Positions 49,804 to 58,648 of a stretch of DNA of 64,000 nt are shown here, piece after piece. Position numbers and translations under genes: made by a program. Where the stretch lies: positions 1 through 64,000 of the forward strand of contig CAXXNO010000012.1 of assembly GCA_963663235.2 (NCBI GenBank), given 5' to 3'. The notes under the pieces were generated by a model. The model did no database searches. It was not told where the DNA came from and saw only the letters and a list, made by a program, of their open reading frames with translations. This stretch comes from Dehalococcoidia bacterium. GTDB lineage: Bacteria; Chloroflexota; Dehalococcoidia; Bin125. The number at the start of each line of letters is the position of its first letter. Positions within the stretch are counted from its first letter, which is position 1.

Positions 49804-50472
49804 GTGACGGACGGGGCGGGGACGACGGTGACGATCGACGTCGATGACCTGCCGGCGGGCACCACGGACATCATCGCGAGCATGGGGGACGCCTCCGCCC
49901 AGGCCGTGGCGGACGCGCTGGCGGAGGCCGGGCTGCCGGCGGGCACGATGGCGTTCGGGGTGGAGATCAATATCTCGGACCAAAACGGGACCGACGTCGG
50001 CGGCACGACGCCGGTGACGGTGCAGTTTGAGCTGCCGGCGGGGTTCGACGCGGCGAGCGGCGCGGTGGTCGTGAACGGGGAGGTCATCGCGGTGACGGTG
50101 GTGTCGTTGGGCCCGCCGGTGGTGGTGGAGGCGTCGTTGCCGCACCTGACGACGGTGTTGTTCGTCGAGATCGTCGAGGAGGAAGCGGAAGAGGAGCCGG
50201 TGGACGAGGTGGAGGAGGTGGTAGAAGAGGAGCCGCCGGCCCCGGACGTCCTCACCCTCAATGCCGGTGGCCAGTTCCTCTTCTGGGCGTTCGGGGCGGC
50301 GCAGGCGGCGGATGTCTTCGGCACGGTCAAAATCGCCTGGCTCTTCGACCCGGCCGCCGTCAGCTGGACCTCGTTCATTCCCGTGCTGGGCATCACCAAC
50401 TTCGCCCTCAGCCAGGGCGCCGTGCTGTGGATCGTCTCGGAGGCGGCGCAGGAGATCGTGCTGCCCGCCTAG
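49804..50472 (+). pseudogene. 5'-truncated acidic surface protein with C-terminal module
   Basis: HLTT motif, Glu-rich linker, LTLNAGGQFLFW...AWLFDP..VSWTSF.P...NFAL..GAVLWIV; no signal peptide. Confidence 0.6.
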
Positions 50473-50746
50473 CGCCGATCGAGGAGGCGTCGGGGGGATC
50501 GGTCGGGGCCAAGGCGCGTTTCCCGGCGGGCGTGAGCTTGTAGGTGCGCCTCGGAGGGTAGGTCGAAGCGTCCCAGCGGCCGGAGAGCAGGCCCCAATCC
50601 TCTAGGCGGTGGAGCGCGTCGAAAATCGCCCGGCCGGGCCGTCCCAGCGTCTTCGTGAGTGCGAATCCATGCGACGGGGACGCTGCGAGCGCTTGGAGAA
50701 TCACCATCTCGGAGTCCAATATTGCGCCAGCCTTACGCCGTGACAT
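50408..50746 (-). CDS. PadR-like regulator, copy 1 (stop apparently lost)
   Basis: IL.AL...P.HG, L.RLE..GLL...W, PPRR.YKLT.AG. Confidence 0.75.
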   Translation of the reverse strand: MSRRKAGAILDSEMVILQALAASPSHGFALTKTLGRPGRAIFDALHRLEDWGLLSGRWDASTYPPRRTYKLTPAGKRALAPTDPPDASSIGARRAARSPAPPPRRSTARRPG

Positions 50747-50910
50747 CGCCCCGAGTCTACGCGCTCCCTGCCATAGCGCAGCAGTGCGCGATCGGGAAGA
50801 TGCGCGAGCCTGGCGCCACCATGCGCGCCGTGATCTCCACCTCGGTACGACCGTCCGATGATGCTGTGCGACCGAATCAGTCCGGCGCGTGCAGCCGCTC
50901 CGCGCGGGGC

Positions 50911-50997
50911 GCGAACTCGGTGGCCACGCTCGCCAACGGCGATGCCTTCTTCATCCGCCTGACCGGCCCTGCCACCTGGGAGCAGCCGGCGCCGTAA
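50911..50997 (+). repeat. Orphan 3' end of a surface-protein gene (partner at 52276-52362)
   Basis: ATL.NGDAFFIRLT..ATWEQPAP*. Confidence 0.75.
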
Positions 50998-51048
50998 CGC
51001 AGTTCCCGCGTTGACGCTCGCGGGCCACGCGCCGCGCCTCCGTTCCCT

Positions 51049-52257
51049 GTGAAACGGAGGCGCGGCATGTCCCCGATGCGACTGATCTCGGTCACAGTCC
51101 TCGTAGTGGTCGGGCTGAGCCTGGGGCTCGGCCTCACCCTCGCGCGCTCGGGCGCGGAGGCGGAGGGTGGGGAACCGATCTCCGTGGGGGGAATCGCCTT
51201 GGGTTTCCCGGAGTTGAACTCCGCGGAGTGGTTCGTGGCGGTCGGCCCGCTGCCGGGGAGCAACGCCACGGGGAGCGGCGACGTGACGCTCCGGTTCGGC
51301 GGTGAGGATGTCGGGGACGTCTCTCTCCGCTTCTTCGACGTGTTCGTCGAGCTCGCCTTCGACGTGCAAGGTCCGCGCGAGGCCGTCACCGCCACCGAAA
51401 TCTACGAGGGGGACCCGGAGGACGGTGGTCGGTTGGTGGTCGCACTCCCCTGCGACCCGATTGCCCCTCGGGAAGCCGAGGGCGAGTCGTGCGAAGGGCC
51501 GAACGCAATCTTCAGCGACGGCTTTGAATCGGGCGACCTCTCGCGCGCGGCGCTGGCTGCCGGCCGGGTGTTCGTCCTCGTCCGCACGACGGCCGGGGAT
51601 CTCGGCGGCTTTCTCCAGCCCGTGGCCGACGAAGTCGTGTCCGGCGACGCGCCGGTTGAGGTGCAGATTCCTGCAGGTCTCAGCCCGCTCGGCTTTTGCG
51701 GCGCGGAGATGACCACGGACCAACTGTTCGATCAGTACCCGCAGTTGCGACGGGTGTTCGTCCTGGTCCCGCTGGAGCGGCGCTTCGACGTGGCGGATCC
51801 GGGACTGCCCCGCTCCATCCGGCAGAACTTCACTCTCCGGTTCGGGACGGCGGTGTTCGTGTCCGCCAGCGAGAGCTTCACCATGGAGATCCCCGTCGGC
51901 GGAGATGGTTCCGCGGGATTCCTCCCGACCCCCGTGGTCGATGACAGTTTGAGTTTCGATTTCCTCAGCGGCCTGAATTTCGTCGCGAACTGCGGGGATA
52001 CGGTGACGAACACCGACCTGCTGGACCGATTCGCGGAGAACGTCCGGATCTTCACTTTCCTCAACCAGGCGCGACGGTGGGTCGGGATCAGCACCGATCT
52101 GCCGCCCCTCCTCCGGGAGGAGACGCTGATCCCCAATGCGTCGGCCTTCATGATCATCACCGAGGTGCCGGGGACTATCGTTCTTCCGTGTCTCACCACC
52201 GACTGCACGCGCTGGAAGGTGGAGTTGGGCGGCGAGACCACGTCGGATGGCGTCTGA
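51049..52257 (+). CDS. Secreted protein with degenerate CHRD-like domain and two diverged C-terminal modules
   Basis: Signal peptide; ATGSG...TATEIYEG..GRLVVAL...LAAGRVFVLVRT; two G(L).....G/C...VF...RF/W...LP modules. Confidence 0.65.
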   Translation: MKRRRGMSPMRLISVTVLVVVGLSLGLGLTLARSGAEAEGGEPISVGGIALGFPELNSAEWFVAVGPLPGSNATGSGDVTLRFGGEDVGDVSLRFFDVFVELAFDVQGPREAVTATEIYEGDPEDGGRLVVALPCDPIAPREAEGESCEGPNAIFSDGFESGDLSRAALAAGRVFVLVRTTAGDLGGFLQPVADEVVSGDAPVEVQIPAGLSPLGFCGAEMTTDQLFDQYPQLRRVFVLVPLERRFDVADPGLPRSIRQNFTLRFGTAVFVSASESFTMEIPVGGDGSAGFLPTPVVDDSLSFDFLSGLNFVANCGDTVTNTDLLDRFAENVRIFTFLNQARRWVGISTDLPPLLREETLIPNASAFMIITEVPGTIVLPCLTTDCTRWKVELGGETTSDGV

Positions 52258-52275
52258 AGCCGCGCCGCCCCCGTC

Positions 52276-52362
52276 GGCAATACGTTCGCCACGCTCAACA
52301 ATGGCGACGCCTTCTTCATCCGCCTGACCGCCGCCGCGACGTGGGAGCAGCCCGCGCCGTAA
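52276..52362 (+). repeat. Second orphan 3' end copy
   Basis: GNTFATLNNGDAFFIRLTAAATWEQPAP*. Confidence 0.75.
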
Positions 52363-52608
52363 GCCACGCCGTCGCGCCCCGAGGAACGTGAGCACCTGAT
52401 CAGAGCCGGCGCTTTACGGAGTGTCTAAGGAATTTCCGCCAGGGGCCCCTAGCCAATAGATAGCGTCGCGGGAACCGGGGGTGCCTCGCGCCTCAGGCCT
52501 ATTGGATCAGCCGGATCGAGGCTCTTGGGAAACTCCTGTTCTGACGTAAAAGCGGCTGAGGGGCAGCGTGGGGCCACCAGGGGCCGATCTCGGGCATCGG
52601 ATCGAGGT

Positions 52609-52875
52609 CTAGGGGGCGTCGGGGGGATCGGCCGGAGGCAAGGCGCGGCGGCCGGCGCTTGTGAGTTTGTAGACCCTGCGAGGAGGAGCCGTCGTCGTAT
52701 CCCATCGACCCGACAGGAGGCCCTTACTGTCGAGCCGTTGCAAGGCCCCGAAGATAGTACGTCTCGGCTGGCCTAGAGCCTCGGCAAGCGCCCAGCCGTG
52801 ACGGGGCGACTCCGCCAGCGCTGCGAGGATCGTCTTCTCCGAGTCCAAGAGCCTGTCTGCCTTGCGTCGTGGCAT
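52609..52875 (-). CDS. PadR-like regulator, copy 2
   Basis: MPRRKADRLLDSE..IL.AL...PRHG...PPRRVYKLTSAG; paralogue of 50408..50746. Confidence 0.8.
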   Translation of the reverse strand: MPRRKADRLLDSEKTILAALAESPRHGWALAEALGQPRRTIFGALQRLDSKGLLSGRWDTTTAPPRRVYKLTSAGRRALPPADPPDAP

Positions 52876-52897
52876 CGCCCTTAATCTAGGCGTTCGT

Positions 52898-52950
52898 GGC
52901 ACTAGCGCGATAGACTACTTGACACTATTAGCGCTAGTGCCGTATACGAT
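52898..52950. promoter_or_regulatory. Palindromic operator enclosing TTGACA
   Basis: GGCACTAGCGC...GCGCTAGTGCC around TTGACA at 52919. Confidence 0.55.
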
Positions 52951-52952
52951 AG

Positions 52953-54202
52953 TGACCTGCCCCCCCAGAACCGGTCCAGATCCTGTGCGAGGATTCGGGC
53001 CGGTGCGAAGGCCTCCCCGAGTCGGCATGGCACGCAAGCGGTACGCGGCCGAGGAGATCATCGGCCACCTGCGGGAGGCGGAGGGGGTGCTCGCGCCGGG
53101 GGAATCGGTCGCGCCGGTCGCGCGCCGCCTCGGCGTGGCCGAGCCAACGTATTACCGCTGGCGGCGGGAGGACGGGGGGCTGCGGGTCGACCCGGCCAAG
53201 CGGCTGAAAGAACGGGAGCGCGAGAACAGTCGGCTGAAGCGGGTGGTGGCCGATCAGGCGCGGGCCAACGCGATGGTGCGGGACGTCGCAGCGGGAAACT
53301 TCTGAGCCCGGCCAAGCGGCGCCGGGCGACATCCTACCGCACGGACCCGTACGCGGTGGCGGAGCGGCGGGCCGGCCCGGTCACCGGCCAGGCGCGGGCG
53401 ACCCAGCGCGACGTGCCCCGGCCGTCCCCGGATGCGCCGGCGCTGATCGCGCGCAGCGTCGCGCTGGCCCCCCGCTGCGGCCGCTACGGCTCCCGTCGCA
53501 TCCCGGCCCGGCTGCGCCAGGCGGGCTGGCGGGTGAACCCCAAGCGGGTCGAGCGGCGCTGGCGTCAGGAAGGCTGGCGGGTCCCCGGGAAGCACCCCCA
53601 ACGGGGCCGCCGCTGGCTCGCGGCCGGCTCGCTGGTGCGGCGGCGGGCCGAGCGGCCGTCCCACGTCTGGTCCTCCGCCTTCGTCTTCGACCGCACCGCC
53701 GAGGGGCGCCCGGTGCGGATCCTCGCCATCGTGGATGAGGACCACCCGCGAGGGCCTGCGTCTCGACGTCGCCCGCCGACGGCGCCGCGACGTCGGCCTG
53801 GCGCGGTTGGCCCAGCTGTTCGTCGAGCGCGGGCCGCCGACGTTTCTGCGGTCCGCCAACGGCCCGGCGTGCACCGCCACCGCGGTGCGGGACTGGCTGC
53901 ACCGGGTCGGGGGCACGACCCGCTTCATCGAACCGGGCAGGCCTTGGGCGAACGGCTCTGGGGAATCGTTCAACGGCAAGCTGCGCGACGCGTGCCTCAA
54001 TCGCGAGCGCTTCGACACCCTGCTGGAAGCCCAGATCCTCATCAAGGGCTGGCGGCGGGAGGACAACCCGATCCGCCCCCACCGTGCCCTCGGCTCCCGC
54101 CCCCCCGCCCCGGAAACGCAGCAACCCCGGGAACGTCCCATGACGCGCGTCCCGGCGATCGGACTCACCTTAACGACTGGTACAACGATCGGGGGCAGGT
54201 CA
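52953..54202 (+). mobile_element. Full-length but degenerate IS3-family (IS407-like) element
   Basis: TIRs TGACCTGCCCCC / GGGGGCAGGTCA; orfA 53027-53305; orfB heavily substituted, with a frameshift near 53742. Confidence 0.9.
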
Positions 54203-54338
54203 GCGGTGGCCGTCACTGGTGGGACAACTCGCTCAACGTCTATGAGGTCGGTGTTACAATTTTCGTGTTCGAGCACGATCATCGCGTGCTCCCTTCGCCG
54301 AGGCGCCGCCCAACACCGGGCGGCGCTCTCATATCCGA

Positions 54339-54545
54339 CTACCGTCCGGCGGCAGTAGCCAACTCGGTTTTCTCCGCGATCCACTTCTCAAGTGCCACAC
54401 GGGACACGCGCCGCTGCCCGCCAACTTTCATGCTGGGCAACGTCCCATCCATGATCAGTGGCCACGTCGCGGACTCGCTCCGATTGATCAACTTGGCAAC
54501 GTCGGAGACTCGGAGCAGGAGTGGTTCCACAACTTTTCCCTTCAT
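54339..54545 (-). CDS. Excisionase-like HTH_17 protein
   Basis: LLRVSDVAKLI...GTLPSMKVGGQRRVSR.ALEKWI. Confidence 0.8.
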   Translation of the reverse strand: MKGKVVEPLLLRVSDVAKLINRSESATWPLIMDGTLPSMKVGGQRRVSRVALEKWIAEKTELATAAGR

Positions 54546-54632
54546 CGAAACCTATCCGCCTCTCGATCAGTCTTGTATGCTTCGCCTGGGCCGTCCAACG
54601 CTCTTGTGACGTATCAGCGTTACGGAGGGGAC

Positions 54633-55625
54633 ATGGCAGTAGTATCCGACACCATCGAGGTGATCGAAACCGTCGTCCCCTCGCGACTTGTCGAGGTGCG
54701 GGATGGATACGTCTATGTGCAAGACCCAAAGATGATTCTCACGAAGGACGAACTGAAGAAGATTGAGGACGCGTCCGACTATGTCTTCCAATTTCGACGC
54801 AGCCCCGAGAACGTCATCATCGAGTTCGTCGATCTCGAAGAAGGTGACGACGATCGGCTGGCCCAATTCGTCCGCCGATTCGGCCTTCTCGGCTTGTGCC
54901 AACACGGGAAGCCCCACAATCACCTCCCAGGTTGTGGGGCAGAGCGGGTGTCCTGGATCGAAGGCGAGGAAGACACGCCATCGCTCTGGAAGGCTCCACG
55001 GAGCCGTACAGAAGTTGGTATTCGCGAGCGTGTTGAAGCGTGGTACCACTATCGCGACCGGGCTGAAGCGCTCCTCACGATTGCGGTGTTTCTCAGAGGC
55101 AAGGTAGATGCGCGTCGAGGGAGAGTTCGGGGGGCATGGCGCACATTGATCGACGATGGGGGTGCCGACCAGTACCCCACGATCCCGACGCTGATGAGAA
55201 ACCGCGTCGCAGCCATCACAATGCACTCAGAGAACCTGAACGACTGGCTTCAAACCGCGGCACTGGCACTCTCGCAGGCTTGGGATCCGAATGAGGAACG
55301 CGGAAGAACGGAGTTGACCGGAACGCTGTTGGGCAATCTGGGGTATCAAATTCTGGCCGCGACGAACGGGTCAACGCTCCTGGCGTATTGTGACAACTGC
55401 GCTCGGCTCTTCGAACCGAACCCGCGTGTCCCCGAAGACCGCGGTAAGTACTGCAAGCTATGTCGCTCGAAGAACGTGAGCGGTCGAGTCCGCCAGCAGC
55501 GATTCCGTGAGCGGCAGCAGGAGATCCGCCGGTTAAACGCGGACGGTGTACCCATCCGCGAAATCGCGACGCGCATGGACGCCAAGCCAGAGAAGATTCG
55601 TAAGTGGTTAGGAGTCAAAAGATGA
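54633..55625 (+). CDS. Hypothetical protein with CxxC..YC Zn finger and C-terminal HTH
   Basis: GGAGG RBS; CDNC.RLF...KYCKLC..RQQRFRER; GVPIREIA....KIRKWL; overlaps the integrase ATG. Confidence 0.75.
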   Translation: MAVVSDTIEVIETVVPSRLVEVRDGYVYVQDPKMILTKDELKKIEDASDYVFQFRRSPENVIIEFVDLEEGDDDRLAQFVRRFGLLGLCQHGKPHNHLPGCGAERVSWIEGEEDTPSLWKAPRSRTEVGIRERVEAWYHYRDRAEALLTIAVFLRGKVDARRGRVRGAWRTLIDDGGADQYPTIPTLMRNRVAAITMHSENLNDWLQTAALALSQAWDPNEERGRTELTGTLLGNLGYQILAATNGSTLLAYCDNCARLFEPNPRVPEDRGKYCKLCRSKNVSGRVRQQRFRERQQEIRRLNADGVPIREIATRMDAKPEKIRKWLGVKR

Positions 55626-56758
55626 GCCGACGTGCCCGCGGTGAGGGCTCCGTTTTCAAGAGGTCCGACGGGAGATGGGCCGGCTAGTTGGTGTTGGGCT
55701 GGAAGGATGGGAGACGCGTTCGTAAGTTCGTTTACGGACGCTCCCAGGCTGAGGCTCTGCGGAAGCTCAGGGCCGCACAGAGAGCACAGGACGACGGACT
55801 GCCTCAGCCGTCCGAGCGAGAGACGGTCGGGGGTTTCCTGCGCGTCTGGATCGAGGAATCGGCACAGGTCCGCCTCCGCCCTTCCACGCTTCAGTCGTAC
55901 ACATCTATCGCCTACGGGAATTTGATTCCGGCCTTTGAAAAGACGCGGCTCGCGAAACTCAGCCCCACAGACGTCGAGGCCTACGTCGCCGAGAAGTCGC
56001 GAGTGGGGCTATCGGGGTACTCCGTCCGTAATCACGTCGCCCTCCTCCGCAGAGCCTTGAACGACGCAGTCCGCTGGGGCCTCGTGCCCCGCAATGTCGC
56101 CGCCGGCGTGAGGCCACCCCGGCTGCGCGACGCGAGCAGCCGCCCCTTCGACGAGGCGGAAGCCCAGCAGTTCCTTGCCCATGTACAAGGCGACCGCCTT
56201 GAGGCTCTCTTCGCTCTCGCGCTCGGCTTGGGCCTGAGACAGTCGGAATTATTGGGGCTCACGCATGATGCCGTCGATCTGAATCGCAGGCGTCTGCAAG
56301 TTCAGGCTCAGCTCCGGCGTCATCACGGTCGCTTCTGGCTGGAGGAACCGAAGACGGCGCGCAGCCGCCGCACCATGTCGCTTGAACTCCCGCTCGTCGA
56401 AGTCGTTCGGCGCCGTCGTGTCCTTCAGAAGGAAGAACAACTCGCTGCCGGCCCAGCGTGGCAGGGGAATGAGCTTGGCCTGCTGTTCAACACGGAGCTG
56501 GGAGGTCCCATCTCAGCCGCCACACTGAGCCGGCGCTTCCACGCCCTCTGTGAGGGAGCCGGTCTTCGCCGCGTGCGGTTCCACGACCTTCGCCACACAT
56601 ACGGGAGCCTCTTGGCGGAGAAAGGTGTCCCGATGCGGACGGCGATGGATCTCATGGGCCACACGCAGATCTCGACCACCGCCCAGGTCTACCAACACGT
56701 CTCCGAGGAGTCGATGCAGGACGCTGCCGCGCGGGTGTCAAGGGCTCTTTGGCGCTGA
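55622..56758 (+). pseudogene. Tyrosine integrase (phage/ICE type) with in-frame TAG at 55685-55687
   Basis: MSRRARGEGSVFKRSDGRWAG*; GLRQSELLGL, PKT, RFHDLRHT, MGH, YQH. Confidence 0.9.
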
Positions 56759-56911
56759 CTCTGCTTCGGGTGACTACGCCATCGTTTGACAGGCATTCTG
56801 ACAGGCACAGGACTGGACGTGGGCGGAGGGAATTGGACGTGGTTGGAGTCTCACTATCGAGTGAACCTGGTGCTTGGAGGACGCCGGTCTGCCTGAGAGG
56901 GCTCGCCTTGA

Positions 56912-56956
56912 TTTCCTAAACCATGTGCGCAGGTTCGACTCCTGCCGGGGGGACCA
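56912..56956 (+). tRNA. 3' half of tRNA-Arg(CCT), probable att site; not a complete tRNA
   Basis: TTCCTAA anticodon loop, GCAGG-TTCGACT-CCTGC T-arm, GGGGGGACCA end; no matching 5' half. Confidence 0.8.
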
Positions 56957-57048
56957 TATCGCACGTGGGGTACTCCGGCCCGCTCTCCCGACTAACACCT
57001 ACCCCTCGCGACGATAGCTTCGCGGATAGGGTTTTGAGCCACCACAGG

Positions 57049-57078
57049 TTGACAGATAAGAACATGTGTTCGTATCTT
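57049..57078 (+). promoter_or_regulatory. Sigma70 promoter with LexA (SOS) box
   Basis: TTGACA (57049), GAACATGTGTTC (57060-57071, GAAC-N4-GTTC), TATCTT (57073). Confidence 0.85.
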
Positions 57079-57133
57079 GCTGATCCTGCCGGGGTATCTA
57101 GGGCCGCTCTTGGGCTGCCGGTGGGGACCGGGG

Positions 57134-58399
57134 GTGAACGCCATCGCTCCGAGCGTCGCAGCTTCCAGGCGGACCGCCGCTGTACGCATCCCGCACTTCG
57201 CCTTGGCATTGGCGCAAGCCGCCAGAGGGTGTCTCCTGCGCCACCGCGGTCCGCCGCTGGTGCTCTGCGACGCCCATAGCGCCCCGGCGCGTGTGCTCGA
57301 CGCCTGCGACCAAGCAACACGGTTCGGCGTTCGCGCCGGGATGCCCGTGCGGGACGCCCTCGCCTGCTGCCCCACGACCGAATTCCTCTCGGCCGATCCC
57401 CTCCAGGCGCCGCGGGAGCGGGAGCGCTGGCTCGACGCGCTGGAGGCTGTCAGCCCGACCGTCGAGCCCGACACGCAGGATATCGGCACCGTGCTCGTGG
57501 ATCTGGAAGGGCTCGATCAGCTGCACGGCGGAGACCTCGGCGTGGTCAAGGCCCTCGCGGCCACGACGAAACAGGCACTCGGGCTGGAGCCGTGCATCGG
57601 CGTGGCGGACGGGCCATTCGCCGCCCGCGCGGCGGCCGTCAGCGCGATTCCTTCAGCGCCGGCGTTCGTGCCGCGGGGTCAAGCGCCCCGCTATCTCACC
57701 GCGCTGGGAGTGGAGCAGTTGCCGCTCGGCAGGGATGTCACCCACCGGCTGCGCACACGGTTCGGCATCCGCACGATCGGGGAGTTCGCGGCGCTCCCGC
57801 TGGGGGCGGTGCAAGCACAGTTCGGACTAGCGGGCCGCGAGGCGTGGCACCTGGCACACGGCCGCGACCGGCGACGGCTGCGGCCGCGGGTCCACGCCGC
57901 GCACCTAGGCGAACGACTGCAGTTCCCCTCGCCCACCGCCAGCGGCGAAGCGCTCCTGACCGCCGCACGCCATCTGGTGACGCGGCTCTTGCAACGGCCC
58001 GAGCTGGAGCAGCGCGCCGTGCGGCGGGTGACTGTCTGGATCCAGGTCGCCGACGGTCCCAACTGGGAGCGGAGCGTGACGTTGCAGGAGGCGTCGCGCG
58101 ACGCGCAGCGGCTGCGGATCGTGATTCGGCGCGAGTTGGAGCGGTTGTGGGCGGCCGGGCAGACAACGCTCCCCGGTCCCGTGGCCGAGATCGGGCTGGA
58201 GTTCGCCGACCTCTGCACGGAAAGCGGCAAGCAGGCCGCGCTGTGGACCGGGAACGGCCGGCGCACCAAGCAGTTGGACGACGCGGTGCGCCAGCTCCGG
58301 GCGCGCTATAGCGAGCCCACGCTTTTCCGCGTCGTGGAGGTGGAGCCGTGGTCGCGCTTTCCCGAGCGGCAGGCGGCGCTGATCGCCTACGACCCCTGA
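57134..58399 (+). CDS. imuB: ImuB-like Y-family polymerase homologue
   Basis: GVRAGM...ALACCP, SPTVE, DLEGL, GIRTIGEFAALP, QAALW clamp-like motif; upstream of dnaE2. Confidence 0.85.
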   Translation: MNAIAPSVAASRRTAAVRIPHFALALAQAARGCLLRHRGPPLVLCDAHSAPARVLDACDQATRFGVRAGMPVRDALACCPTTEFLSADPLQAPRERERWLDALEAVSPTVEPDTQDIGTVLVDLEGLDQLHGGDLGVVKALAATTKQALGLEPCIGVADGPFAARAAAVSAIPSAPAFVPRGQAPRYLTALGVEQLPLGRDVTHRLRTRFGIRTIGEFAALPLGAVQAQFGLAGREAWHLAHGRDRRRLRPRVHAAHLGERLQFPSPTASGEALLTAARHLVTRLLQRPELEQRAVRRVTVWIQVADGPNWERSVTLQEASRDAQRLRIVIRRELERLWAAGQTTLPGPVAEIGLEFADLCTESGKQAALWTGNGRRTKQLDDAVRQLRARYSEPTLFRVVEVEPWSRFPERQAALIAYDP

Positions 58400-58647
58400 G
58401 ACGGCCGCGGCCCCTGGGGGTCGAGGTCTCCGCACAGGGGATGCCGGCGGCGGTCCGCACCGCGGCGGGCTGGGTGGAGGTCGTCGCCGTGCTCGACCAT
58501 TGGCGGCTCGACGACGAGTGGTGGCGCGAGCGGCCGGAGCAGCGCTGGTACTACCGGCTCGCGCTCGCCGGCGGGCGCACGCTGACCGTGTTCCACGACC
58601 GCGCCAGCGGCGCGTGGCTCGCCCAGGAGTACGGACGGGCGGGCTGA
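58348..58647 (+). CDS. DUF6504-like small protein (ImuB C-terminal-like; start uncertain)
   Basis: VLDHWRLDDEWW...RWYYRL...VFHD...W. Confidence 0.75.
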   Translation: MVALSRAAGGADRLRPLRRPRPLGVEVSAQGMPAAVRTAAGWVEVVAVLDHWRLDDEWWRERPEQRWYYRLALAGGRTLTVFHDRASGAWLAQEYGRAG

Positions 58648-58648
58648 G

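Noticed and set aside
50911-52362. DGR template/variable repeat pair
   Set aside because: Differences are mostly synonymous and not confined to adenines; no intact RT. The IS hypermutation also affects both strands, unlike DGR mutagenesis.
55685-55687. Pyrrolysine or stop-codon recoding
   Set aside because: TAG is used as a normal stop by many genes here and no pyl genes are present; a point mutation is simpler.
56880-56956. Complete tRNA gene
   Set aside because: No 5' acceptor strand or D-arm pairing with the 3' half.
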